From positions 558,001-622,000 of the forward strand of contig JAQFVV010000001.1 in assembly GCA_028023455.1 (NCBI GenBank): DNA of 64,000 bases, written 5' to 3'. A program made the translations under genes and the position numbers. This document shows positions 1-12,850 of this stretch, piece by piece. The notes under the pieces are model-generated. The model was not told the origin of the DNA and did not search any database. It was given only the letters and a program-made list of their open reading frames with translations. The stretch is from Epiperipatus broadwayi. Taxonomy: Eukaryota > Animalia > Onychophora. The number at the start of each line of letters is the position of its first letter. Position 1 is the stretch's first letter.

Positions 1-707
1 TAAATCTTTTGCATTTTGTGTGTGTGCGATTATTGGTAAAGTAATGAATGAGATTTAATTTATAAAAAATTGAATGAGATAATATAATCCACAATTATTA
101 TGGTGCAGTTATTACCTGGTTTTGTTCAATAATGTTAATGTACACTGAACTAAAGCTGGACTGATTTATGATTGATGATGATCACTAACAACTTTAATCT
201 AACATGATATCAAAATTATTTCTATGTTTATAAACTAAGTTGTTCTTCTAGACCAGAGCTATACAACCCACATGTGGACAAAGTGAAAGTTTGGGTGGCC
301 CACCTAGAGATTTTTATTTTTTCCAAGTGAAAAAAAATAATTTTAAATAAATGCTTAATACATATTTTAATTCTATTGCAGATCAATAATTTTTGATGTT
401 GCTATTATTATCTGTTTTTCAAATGTAAGATGTGTTAAGGAAGCAGCCTTGCCATCTTTTGATCCAATGTGCATACTCCGAGCATTCATAGTAAATTGGC
501 ATGCAATTAATGTGAATTAGTTTTGTTTGGTTATAGTTCATCTGTTATGATGCAGTGTTTGGATTATTTAAGGTTGGATAGAGAAAAATATATTCATACG
601 TAAACCTACAATAACAATATTTAAAACAAGGCTGGAATTTACTAAATTCCATCTAGCTATAAAATAATTAAACAAACCCATTAATCTATGTCAGCAAACT
701 AAAGAAG

Positions 708-909
708 CATATTGAAATTTCAGAATGGAATTAATATTAATGCAAAGTGTAAATGTGGCACTATTAATTATGATATACATAATTAGACTGTCTAATTAGG
801 AATGACTTCATAATTAACTTAATTAGACAAACTAATTAGGTATAATCTCATAATTAATAGTGCCACATTCCTTTCATTAATAGTTATTTCATTCTGAAAT
901 TCCAACATG
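708..909. repeat. Old imperfect palindrome
   Basis: catattgaaatttcagaatg...atgtggcactattaattatga versus tcataattaatagtgccacat...cattctgaaattccaacatg. Fainter outer arms at about 648-704 and 965-1030. Confidence 0.7.
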
Positions 910-2375
910 TTTAGCAAACATAGCTTCATTTACATCAAAACAGTATAAGAATAGATAAATCCTCTCTGTTCTTTAATTTGCTAATAAAGTGTGGTGAATT
1001 TGTTTAATTGCTTTGCAGATAGCTGGAGCTTAATCTACTGTAGCTCTATTTTCATATACATTTAATGATATAACGAGCATGCTAATAGCTCTAAACAAGC
1101 TTTCAATTACATTTGTAAATATAAGCTAATTAAGTCACGTGATATATGAATTGGTTTTCTTACATTTAATGATGTACAAATTTAATATTTAGTACTAATG
1201 ACAATATTTATAAAATTAAATTCATTTTTGGAGAAAACTTTCTAATTAAACTTGTCAGCAACTTCTCCGTGGAACTCAAAGACTACTTGAATATTCAGAT
1301 GAAATTCTCTTAACCAGAAGAGACTGATAATTTGCTCAACTGAAGCTGAATAAAATTAAACTAATCTATAGTTTTAAAAACATAGTAGCATCCTCTTGAC
1401 ATCTATTTCCATTAAAAATATAAAACAAAAGATAATGAATTTTTAATAAAAAAAATTTGAGCAAAGAAAAAGTACAAACTAAAGACCCATATTCTGTGGT
1501 ACAGTTATTCATACCATATAGGTTGTCGACTGAAGTATTTTCAAGCAAAAAAGTAATAGGATTAATAAATGCCATGAATATTTAGTATAATATACTATTT
1601 GGTATCTTCATGCATGTACAAACAGATTCATTAAAATTCAAAAGGAACATTTGAATGAAGATATCCCATACTATAGCAGAGATAATAAAGTGGCATTCAT
1701 AGTAATTCTTAAAGATTGCCTCTTCTTAAAGAGTTTGTAATTTAGCATATGTTGTCCCCTCCCCCCATCTCCAGTATAAAATAATATTTAAAAATTTTAA
1801 AATTTTATGGTAAATCAATATTGTTGTAGACTTCATGTCACTAAAATTTGGGAAGATAATCATTTTTACTAAATGCAAATTCACATATCTAAAAAAAAAA
1901 AAAAAAAAAAAAGACAACAGCATCTTATTTATTAAAGTCAGATAATCTAGCAAAATCTGAATTTTGATAAATCCTTCAGCCTTCCAGAAAGATGTGGTCA
2001 TACACTTTTCAGATGAATAATCTACCTTGGAAATTATAAAAAAAACAAAACAAAGTATCTTCCTCCTTCAGAAATATTACAATAACTAAATAGTGAACAC
2101 CATCGATTCAATGTTCTGATAAAACCTATAACAAAAGACAGATATGGTTTTATTGCTCAGGAGTTCATAAAAAGTTAGAGTGCTAGATCTGCAAGTGCCA
2201 GAATTGATATTGGAACCTTCCAATCCTGTCAGAAACTCTACCAAAGGCATATAATTCATTTGGATGTTTGAAATATTATACATGAGATATTAATTATTTT
2301 TCAGCTTGAAATTTTTTTTGGCATGGCATTAGTATTCTAGTAGTAGCAATAAAATCAATCCTAAATGTTTTACAT

Positions 2376-4689
2376 TGTAAGAGTAGCTTACAATTCTATC
2401 AAAACCAGCCATATTTGTCCACCCCACCAAACCAAGCCCATTCAAAACATAAGCTTAACTAATAGGTGGTCAGATATGTGCTATCCTTTCTCTTAAGCAT
2501 ATATATATGCAACAAATGTTTGCTTTGTTAAATATCAAATTAGATAAATGTTGTGATAAACTGATTTTCCTTACTTAGTGAAAAATAGAAGCCCATTTAA
2601 AGAAATCATTAACAACAGACTAATGATCAATATATTGTACATCATAAATTATAACAGAGACTGAGTAAGCATAGTGATGACCCAATGTCAAGCCAATCAC
2701 TAAGCAACCAAGAGTGGAAAATGAAATTAGAATTCTATTATGTAATTTTTTTTACTAATTACAACCAAGATAACTTGCACAACAATAGGCAGTTACGGCA
2801 ATGTCGAAGAAATTGAAAAAGCTAGTATACCAAATGCTGGAAGCTAAGCTTGGTATAAAAGTACATCCAGTAATGCATCAACCACAGAAATTCAATAATC
2901 TGAGTTCAAATGCAAAGGAAAATGGATGATTCGTTTGAATACTCTGAATTATCCATATAAGTTTTTTAGCACAAAATCATAAGTTAAAACTAATGTTTGA
3001 ATAAAAAGAAGTATAAGTTTGTGCAATGTAATAAAATAAGTGAACTGTTTTTAAATTGATATTGGAGAAACTGCACTATTATTCGAACACAAATAGAGAA
3101 GGCATAGAAATTTTTATCAGGACTTAAACAAAATGATGAAGTACATTTTTTTTGTGTGTATATAAACCATTAAATATCAAATTTGCAAATTAAGAAAATT
3201 TAAGTCTGCTATAAACCCCTGTGCAATGTGGCTAAATCACTAGTGCTATAAAATGACTAAAGTGCCACTATCCTGAGCCTGGAAGCACAATGACTTTGTT
3301 TACTTACTCTCATAATGCCTTAAAAAAGCTCCAATTGTCCTCTGCCAAATGTCTACATGGATGGAAAACAGCAACTACAGAGAATGGATGCAATTTTATT
3401 TTGAGCACGGTACATAGGAATTCCAAATGATGGATATGAACTAAGGAGAGCGATCCAAAAAAAAAGGTAGACTCTACCCATGAAGGACATTGTTCTTGAG
3501 CTCATGAACATTAAACAAAATAATTTGATGAAAACTCTGATTTTGTTACATATTCTTATTTATATATTTGTAAAATACTTTATTTTCTTTAGACACTTGG
3601 AAATGTGTCTATGATAAGGAAGAGTCCATTGTAAGTGAAAGCAACAAAATGAGGAAGGAGAATCATTAAGTTAGATAATTTTTTTAATTTGTTTTAAATA
3701 AATTTTAGATCAGCTTTCCAACTGTAGCGACTTGGACATTTTACCATAATATGGATAAGGTAATATCTTTAAGACTATTCCATATTAGTACATACACTTA
3801 TTACAGGACAGAGTTCAGGTTTTTTGTTTGTTAACTACTAATCATTTGTGTTTATATTTTTTCAGTATAAATAACTAATGTTCATGTGTAGATGTTCTTT
3901 CATGTCAAACTTAGTGAACTATACATAGATAGGGGAATCCCCAAAGAAGATGGAACATCACTAATTTTAAATTGGATGAGGCTTCTACAGATATACCTGC
4001 ATAATATTGTAAATTAGCTAGTTAGCTTCACAGTTGATTTAATATTTTTTTTATTTGCTTTGTAAATAATTAGTGCCATGTCATGTATTTCTACCATTGG
4101 ATAAAGGTTTGAAGATGTGAATATATTTAATTGTTGATATGGTAGAAATCCATCCCTGACACACAAAATTATACTACTTTGTTGTTAAAGAGTTTAAAAT
4201 TTTTATTTTTACTTTGTTTTGATATTTAATAAATGGCACATTTATTTACATTAAACTGGTCTCTAGTTTATCAAAATTATTTATGCATTCACTTATCAAT
4301 CGATAACCAAGGATATACATGCACACACATCTTATTCTTATATAATAGTGTAGAAATATGCTTAGATGAAGGATTAAAACAATTGTAACCTATCAAGAGG
4401 TGCAGCAATTGCTATCCCATAGAAGTTCATCCCTGAAGAGTCAAAGGCAGATTTCTTCTCCCTGAGTTTGAATACTGAGGTGTAATAGTGTAAAGAAAAG
4501 TGAGGTATGGATGAACTAGCCAAATTGTATCCAAATTTAATATAGAATTACAGAGCTAGCCCATTGGAGATAGATACAATCATAGGTTATATACTTCATC
4601 ACATCATTGATGGCATCCTACCAGAAGACCCTAGGTCTGACTATAGTTAGATGCACTCCCCTCTTTATGGTAAACCCAAGCCCATCACA
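2376..4689 (+). repeat. 5' LTR
   Basis: TG...CA termini; collinear with 7501-8663 plus 9957-11060. Confidence 0.8.
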
Positions 4690-4691
4690 TC

Positions 4692-4708
4692 TGGTTTCCA
4701 ATGTGAGG
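4692..4708 (+). promoter_or_regulatory. Primer-binding site, tRNA-Lys-like
   Basis: TGGTTTCCAATGTGAGG, 2 nt after the LTR end. 12/17 identical to the tRNA-Lys PBS TGGCGCCCAACGTGGGG; four of the five differences are C>T or G>A. Confidence 0.65.
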
Positions 4709-5463
4709 CACAAAACAGGAAGTTTCTAAGGAGGTCCAGCCATTGAACTGGTAATTTCAAAAAAAATTATATTTTCCTTGAACTTATTCTCTTATTAAAC
4801 TTCCACAGTATACAACCTTGATGAACTTACATGAATATCAAAGAATTGCTGTATCCTTAAAAGAATGAGCCTCCTGAACTTAAATCATTTCCATGAAAAC
4901 ACATCAAAAAAAGGGAAAACTTCTTATGAAACAGTGAATACAAGTTAACTAATGAGAATGGAGTGATAAACTGAGACCAATAAATACAAAATTATTCAAT
5001 AAATAAAAATAAAATAGGTGAGTTAGGCAAATAAAAGACTAAAAAGTAGGCATTAAAAGCAACACATGCAAAAAAATAAAACAAAAAGGAAAAAAAAGAA
5101 GACTAAAAAGTAGATATTAAAAGCAACACATTCAAAAAATAACAGAAAAGGGAAAAGAAAGGGATGTTAAGCATATATGCTAAGTGGTGAGGAGTGGCAG
5201 AAGACCTTATAGCACATATCTATTTATATCTCCAAAAGAAGTAACTTTATACTCAAATATTGAAAGGAAGTTTAATGATAACTAATAGTGGAAAACAGTT
5301 ATTAAACATGGATATAAAACATTTTGAAGAATCATAAAAGAATAATGATGATGAGGTAAAAGATGTTGCTACTAACAATGAAAAAGGATTTTCCTACAGT
5401 CAAATACCTGGATGGTCTATGACCAAGGTTAATTACTCTTCACAGGTACACATCACAGATTGA

Positions 5464-6700
5464 ATGCTACCCTGGACTCAAGGAGCACTTGATAAGATGG
5501 CTCAAGTATCCAAAATCAAAGTAGTACAGGCTGCAAGGAGTAAGATGACCACAGAACAAATGCTCCAAACAATCATGGAAATAAACCAGAGGATGGAAGC
5601 GACAATAAGCCATAATATGAGCACCATGAAAGAAGAAATGAATCATAATATGACCACTATGAAAGAAATGAACCATAATGTGAGCACTATAAAAGAAGAA
5701 ATAAACCATAGGATGATCAGTATGAAGAAGAATTTAAAGGCAAATATAAATAAGAACAGATTTAAAAATGGAAATAAGGGAATTTAAGTATAGCATCATT
5801 AGTAAATTGAATATTAAATGCGTTGGAGTGCCCTACATTGTTACACAGCAAAGTACTGACATAGAGAGTTCAGACAACTCAGTGAACCTACAGTTCAGAT
5901 GACTCAGTGAACATACATGTGGATAATGTAAGATTTGAGTTGGATTGTAAATCTCAGAAGCAGAGAGAAGAATGGTCAAATGATACTCCCGAATATCAAG
6001 TGAAACTAAGCCCATAGAATTTTCAGACTAATGAGTCAAATGGTTAACCCATGACAGGTGAGATAGCCCCATATTCTAAAGACATCATGAGGAAATATGT
6101 AAAGAAAGTCATGATGGCAAATGAATTGGATATATATTTGGAATCATCGTGGCACATTCATATTCACCATCAAAAAAAATATATTTCCCAGATATAATGT
6201 TGATAACTGAATGCAACCATCAGACTAGAGCATTACTAATTATAATAGATATCACAAAAGAAGGTTGTCACAATAAAAAGACCAGTTCTGAAGGCACAAA
6301 TGAGGTCAATAGAACTTATGGCATTTAAAGTCCCTCCATAACCAAGGAGATGATCAAAATATATAAAGCCATTGGAGAATAATGGAAATGACCATATTAC
6401 AAACCAAGAAACAAAAAGATTCCAAATTTCCACAAATTGTGCAACCCTTATAAAGACCCTTTCACATTCATCAAGCATAAGAATGCTAATGCTTAATAAA
6501 TGAATAGCAAGAATTAACCTCAAAGATTGCAGCCTGGAACAGGCAAACCAGATAACCCAAAATAATTGAACCCCAAACATTTTCAAAAAAAAATTAAAGG
6601 GATATACAAAGAGCATATAAACAGCACATGGATAGGGCTAAGCAAAGGAATAAATGCAAGAAAAAAAAATCCATAAAATTTTAATATAGGAGATAAGGTT
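5464..6700 (+). pseudogene. Decayed gag-like ORF with a coiled-coil N-terminus
   Basis: ORF 5464-5787 has heptad-like repeats (HNMSTMKEEMN). Downstream broken frames (IARINLKDCSLEQANQITQNN*TPNIFKKKLKGY) resemble retrotransposon gag. Lies between the PBS and the PPT. Confidence 0.5.
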
Positions 6701-7486
6701 TTTATAAAAAAAAAAAAAACCATTTGAGTAAGCAACAGGAGAACAAGTACCATAAAATTTAATACCCATATGCAGAACTGTTCATTATTGTGAAACACTC
6801 AGATCCAAACATGTTCTGAGTAGATATAGAAGAAATTAGAAACACATATAAAGCTGACATTTTGACGTCATATTTTGGACAATCTGAGTGGCGATGTGAT
6901 TACTATACATACCTTATATACAAGTTGAAAGATACATGGAAGTTATGATTGAAACCAGAAAGAAAAGGGAGATAACATTAAAAAAAATGAATAGGGTCAT
7001 TAATTTTGATGAGGGTATATACGTCACATGAGGACTCAAAAGCAACCACTGGGTTACTTTAGAACTGCCTGAGACACAGGAGTTGATCCATACAGAATGA
7101 TAGATGCTCTAATATTTCATTTAGACCTCAAAATAATTCCATAAGTCTCAAAAAGGGAGCAGGATGAAGGCTAACAAATTAAACTATGTGCCATCTGCAA
7201 TAGAGACACATTTCTGGTTGAGTTCAGATCACAAGACCATCAAAAGAAAAAAAGGGAAACCCATATATAAATCTCACCTTAAAATAATGTATAAATCTCA
7301 CCTTAAAATAATGTAGTCTAATATGGTAGGAAAACATGAAGAGAAGTGATATTTGAGATAAGAAAATAAAATGGATAGGCTTTGTAATTCTTTTTTTTTT
7401 TAAAAAAGAGATAATCCAATGCTAAATGCACATATACACTACTTAAGTGTTAAAATTTTGATTGCATCTTAAAATTTTAACCTTGT

Positions 7487-7499
7487 AAAGATAGAGAAG
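7487..7499 (+). promoter_or_regulatory. Polypurine tract
   Basis: AAAGATAGAGAAG, 1 nt before the 3' LTR start TGTAAG. Confidence 0.55.
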
Positions 7500-7500
7500 T

Positions 7501-10500
7501 TGTAAGGGTAGCTTAAAATTATATCAAAACTAGCCATATTTGTCCATATCACCAAACCAAGCTCATTCAAAACTTAAGCTTAACTAATAGGTGATCAAAT
7601 ATGTGCTGTCCTTTCTTTTAAGCATATATATATATATACATACACATGATAGATGTTTACTTTGTTAAACATCAAGTCAGATAAATGTGGTGAACTGATT
7701 TTCCTTACTTAGCAAAAAATAAAAGCCCATTTAAAGAAATCACTAGTGATAACCCAATGTCAAGCCAATCACTAAGCAAACAAGTGTGGAAATGAAATTA
7801 GAATCCTATTACGTAATTTTATTTTTTTATTAATTACAACCAAGATAACTTGTGCAACAATAGGCAGTTACAGCAATGTTGAAAGAAATGGAAAGATAGT
7901 ATACCAAACACTGGAAGCTAAGCTTAGTATAAAAGCAAACCCAGTTCATTTCCATCATCTTTTATTATTTTTTAAAACAATGCATCTACCATAGAAAGCC
8001 AACAACCTGAGATTGAATGTTTGAATGTAAAGGAAAATAGATGACTCATTCAAATACTCTGTATTATCTATATGTATCTTAGTGCAAAACCATAAGAAGT
8101 TAAAACCGATGTTTGAATTAAAAGTACGATAAGTTAGTGCAATTTAATAAAATAAGTGAACTGTTTTTTAAATTGACATTGGAGAAACCACACTATTATT
8201 CGAATATGAGTAGAGAAGGAATAGAATTTTTGTCAGCATTTAAACAAAATGATGAAATAATTTTTTTTGTACAATCTGTTAAATACCAAATCGCAAATAA
8301 AGAAAATTTACATCTATTATAAATCACTATGCAATGTATTCTGGCTAAATCACTAATATGTAGGACTAAAGTGCCACTATCCTGACCTTGAAAGCCAATG
8401 ACTGTCTTACTCTCATAATGCCTAAAAGAAGCTCTAATTGCCCTATGCCAAATGTCTACATGAATCGAAAAGAGCAACTACAGAAAATGGCTGTAATGTT
8501 ATTTCGAGTGCATGACATAGGAATTCCTAGTGATGGATGTGGAGTGATCCAAAAAGAGATAGACTGTATCCATGAAGAACATTGTTCTCAACTTCATGAA
8601 CATTAAACAAAATAATTTGATGAAAACTCTGATTTTTTTTTATGTATTCTTGTTATTTATATAGACCTGGGTCTTGTTTTATGCGGTACATAGGTTCCTC
8701 AGAAAATGCGCACAAAAGAAATCACACAAAAATAACTTACCTTGAAAAATGGGGGATATGTACTGTAATTTTCCAAAAATCACATAAAAGCAAAACAACG
8801 TAAAATTACTTTTTAAAATTTACGTAAAAAATAAAATAAAATATGAATAATAAAAAATTTCAAATTTGAAAAAAATTGATACAAGACAAACTTATTTTAT
8901 TAACTACAGTATTTAATTTTATATAAAACAATATATTTTTATGCGTAATTTACATTTTTTTTCATACATGTACGGTATTTTAATCATTATCGCTATTTGA
9001 GACATCAGATTCGTCATAATGTGATGTGATGTACTGTAGCTTCTCCTTAAACAAAGTCAAGAGAAAATACAACTAAAACTTTTTCCAATTGCTGTTGATC
9101 CTTTCCATTTCACTAAGCGATCTAAAATTGAAATTTTTGTTTCCAAAGAAATTCATTTTCTTGGGTGTTTTTTTTCTCTCTCCGTTAGAGTAAACTAAAA
9201 GTTTAAAATAAAAATAAGAACTTAGACTTACGATAATAAAAAGACACTGACTCACTACTTTTGGGAAAAATTTAATTAAAACTAACAATTAAAAATTAAA
9301 TTCTTATTTTTGTCTTTAATTTTTTAATTTTCAATTCTGTTTAAAAATCAAATTTCATCGTTTCACATCACCTTAATTTCAGATCATGTTATGTAATTTT
9401 TAAATTGTTAATTACAGTTAAAAATCAAATTTTAATTGTCAAATTTAATTGTGCCACTGCTGTTACTCACCTTTTAAAAAGAAACTTGTGTACACTAAAT
9501 GATTAATTGATTACATACTCTTTTTATAAAAAGCAAAAATAGGACGTGATTTAAAATGCAAAAACAACAACATACATAGTATTTTTCATCTATAACGTTT
9601 GAACAGATTTACATTATAGTCTTGTAAAATTTAATGCATGTGTAAATAAAATGGGAAAATTCTGATTTTAAGGAATTATGAACTTCTTTATTGCATAAAA
9701 TCTATTACAGTACTATTATAAAGCGTTTAAAATATTGAAATTAGATTAAAGTCAAACTTCGATAATGCGCTATTATTTTAAATATGACATGAGTGCGCGA
9801 AATTTATAATATTTAAAGTAATAGCGCATTATTGGAGCTCGACTTCTGATCTAATAATTTTTATCGCATAAAAGAAAACTGCATATAAAGATGAAACATG
9901 AATCACATAACTTCAAAATTGCATTAAATAAATCCGCATAAAACGAGACCCGGGTGTATTTGTTAAATTGTTTTTTTTTTATTTCCACATTTGGAAGCAT
10001 ATGTCTATGATTTAGAAGAGTCCATTATAAGTGAAAGCAAGAAAATGAGAGGGAAATCATTAAGTTAGATAAAAAAATTTATTTGTTTTAAATAAAGTTT
10101 AGATCATCTTTCCCTCCATAGCAACTTGACATTCATTACCATGATATGGGATAAGGTAACATCTTTAAGACTATTCCATATTAAGTACATACCCTTATTA
10201 CAGGACACAGTTCATGTTTTTTGTTTGTTGTTAACTAATAATCGTTTGAGTTTATATTTTTTTCAGCATGAATTACTAGTTTTCTTGTGCAGATATTCTT
10301 TCATGTTAACCTTAGTGAATTATACATAGTTAAGGGGGCCCTAAAAAAGATGGAATATTGCTAATTTGAATTGGACAAGTCTACTACAGATATATCTGCA
10401 TATTGTAAATTAGCTAGTTAGCTTTACAGGCGATTTAATAAAAAAATTTTTATTTGCTTTGTAAATAATTAGTGCCATGTTATGTATTTCTAGAATTGGG

Positions 10501-11060
10501 TAAGGGTTTAAAGTCGCGAATATATTTAATTGTTGATATGGTAGAAATCCATCCTCGACACACACAATTATACTACTTTATCATGTTAGAGTTAAATTCT
10601 ATTTTTTTTTACTTTTTGATATTTAATGAATGTTGTCAAATTTATTTACATTAAACTGGTCTCTAGTTTATCAAAATTATTTAAGTATTTACTTATCAAC
10701 CAATAAACGAGGATATACATATACACAAACCTTCCTCTTACACAATAGTGTAGAAATATGCTTGAACAAAGAATTAAATCAATTGTAACCTATATAGAGG
10801 TGCAGCAATTGCTATCCTGTATAAGTTCATCTCTGAAGATAGTCGAAGGCAGATTTCTTCCCGAGTTTGAATACTGAGGCATAACACAGCCCGAAGGGTT
10901 AGGTCTGAATGAATTAGCCCAAATTGTATCTAAATTTAAATGTGTAAATACAGAGCTGGCCCATTGTATGTAGATATCATAGGTTATGTACTACATTGCA
11001 TCATTGATGGCATCCTGAGATACATTCCCCCTCTCTTGTAATAAATCCCGACCCATCTTG
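7501..11060 (+). repeat. 3' LTR, interrupted by a MITE
   Basis: Homologous to 2376-4689 along its length; terminal CA decayed. Confidence 0.75.
8664..9956. mobile_element. Non-autonomous Tc1/mariner (pogo/Tigger-like) DNA element, 1293 bp
   Basis: 23-bp TIRs gacctgggtcttgttttatgcgg / ccgcataaaacgagacccgggtg, flanked by TA on both sides. The empty site (tttatatatttgt) is visible in the 5' LTR at about 3559-3571. Confidence 0.85.
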
Positions 11061-11320
11061 ATTATTTTAAACAATTTAGAAAGAAATCTGTTAATTTATT
11101 TAATTATTATCAATAACTCTTTATTCTCATTTGATTAATGTCATGTCTAGAATGACTTCTAGTATAATATGATTACCATTTAAATTAAAATGATAATGTC
11201 TTAATTGAAAAACTATATTAATAAAAAATGTTTACTATATTCATGAGTAAGTGATCCCATCTTCTGGAGGAAATCAAAGCATTGATAAAAAGCTATAACA
11301 TGCAACAATAAATTATGAAA

Positions 11321-11757
11321 CAATGTTATATATAGAGCTTGCAATTAACAAGCTTTGCAGAATATCCCCAGACCAGTTTCTGCTACTGGTGTCCTCAGTG
11401 AGGTGCTAGAATATTCAAGCATTAGATTAAAAATACCAGGACAAGCCCAGCATTTTATCTAATGTATAACTATTAAGTAAAAAATCTGAAATTTTCAGAC
11501 ATGGATCCAGCTATCTAACTTAAATAACTGGTCCATTTTCTACTTAATAGTTATACATTAAATAAAGTGTTGGGCTTGTCCTGGTATTTTTAATCTAATG
11601 TTTGAATATCCAACCCTCACTGAAGACACCAGTAGCAGAAACTGGTCTGGGAATATTCTGCAAAGCTTGTTAAGAGCTTATTTGCGAGCTCTATAATGTT
11701 TGTAATACAAGCTGATTAAATTAGATCATGTGACATCTGACTTGATTGTTTTGTAAT
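11321..11757. mobile_element. Fold-back element, family A, with hammerhead-like motifs in both arms
   Basis: Inverted arms about 11332-11490 and 11535-11694. Homologous to the monomer at 30581-30990. Candidate TSD tgaaacaat at 11316-11324 and 11760-11768. Confidence 0.7.
11615..11652 (+). ncRNA. Minimal type I hammerhead-ribozyme-like motif
   Basis: cctca-CTGAAGA-caccagtagca-GAAA-ctgg-TC-tggga: intact core, GUC cleavage triplet and stem I, but stem II pairs poorly. Mirror copy (CTGAGGA) on the minus strand at 11366-11403. Confidence 0.5.
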
Positions 11758-12669
11758 AGTGAAACAATTTACAAAATATTTTTATCTAATTATATTATAT
11801 TTATTAAATTAAAAAAAAAAAACATTCATAGTAATTATGTTTTTCATAATATTACCCAGCTAGAATATGAATTAATGACTGGTAATTGGATTAAGTAATT
11901 AAGGCTTCTTTTTCCATACCCTTTGGAAGTGGTATGAGATTGAAAAACAGTAACACAAAGGGAAGATTATAAATCTTAAAATACACAGCTGACACATAAT
12001 CTTTTACTATCGTTAAATATTTTAATGCCATGACTTGAATAATACTTGTCATTTGTCTGTATTGCAATATACTTCTTTGTTAGATTGATCAGAACTTGAA
12101 GATATTATATGCTTTCTTGTTATACTTTTAATTTAATCATTTGAAGAGGAGATATCCAAAGTTTTAAAATATCTTATTTAAAGTTTGTATTTATAATACA
12201 GATTGCTACCTTCTCTGCTGGTAAACATGAGGTGTTCTTAATGATCTTTGATACTTTCCATAAAATATTTCTTTTAATTCAATGGTTTAGCTTTTTACGT
12301 CTAAATATTGTTTCTTCCACACAATATGTTAAAAGTTAAATTTATACATAAACTATATATGTATAAATTTTGATTCTAGTGCAGGAATTTATTTTATATT
12401 TTTCATCCCTTTCTGTTATGAATGTTGGAATAAAAAACAGATTCTTCAATACTATCTTCTAGATTTTTTTCTAATGGCTTCTAGAATACAGATTTCTTTT
12501 TTTAAAACTCTAATTTACAGCTTTTTGATTGTAGAATGATGTGTTTACAGTCAATACATTTAATGTTTTTACTTTATAAGCCTGTTAGCTATCAATAATG
12601 ATCTTGAAGTAGCAAGTAATAATTAAAGAGACATTTCCTGTAATTTGTGTGAAAAAAATGTGGAATGCG

Positions 12670-12850
12670 GTCAAGCGTTGTTAGCCGAGAGGTCATCGCA
12701 GCCGCCTTGCAAGCAAGTAGTTGGTTGCAGATGGTTGTGGGTTCACCTCCTGGCCGATGCTATGACATATGAAAAAAAAAAGTGGAACGCATGCTTAACG
12801 GCTAAAATAATCACTTTGATAAGGAGTAAGAATGCTTGGCAGATATAAAT
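12670..12850 (+). mobile_element. tRNA-derived SINE
   Basis: A-box TAGCCGAGAGG (12682-12692) and B-box-like GGTTCACCTCC (12740-12750), CpG-rich, no complete cloverleaf. 3' end uncertain. Confidence 0.6.

Larger units (their letters stand above)
2376..11060 (+). mobile_element. Old LTR retrotransposon (probably Gypsy-type), gag-only and non-autonomous
   Basis: Two homologous ~2.3-kb direct repeats start TGTAAG at 2376 and 7501, and the first ends CATCACA at 4689. PBS-like 17-mer at 4692, PPT at 7487-7499, decayed gag-like frames inside, no RT or IN motifs seen. TSD not found. Confidence 0.8.

Noticed and set aside
1230-2300. Minus-strand gene from ORFs 1366-1575, 1726-2001 and 2086-2283 plus two acceptor-like sites
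   Set aside because: No donors and no phase-consistent chain; peptides unrecognisable. A 22-nt match (2147-2168) to 15832-15853 suggests repeat debris.
5467-6798. Minus-strand ORFs 5467-5709 and 6236-6616 as genes
   Set aside because: Antisense shadows of the gag-like plus strand inside the LTR element.
12670-12760. Functional tRNA gene
   Set aside because: A and B boxes are present but there is no acceptor stem or anticodon arm; it fits a SINE head.
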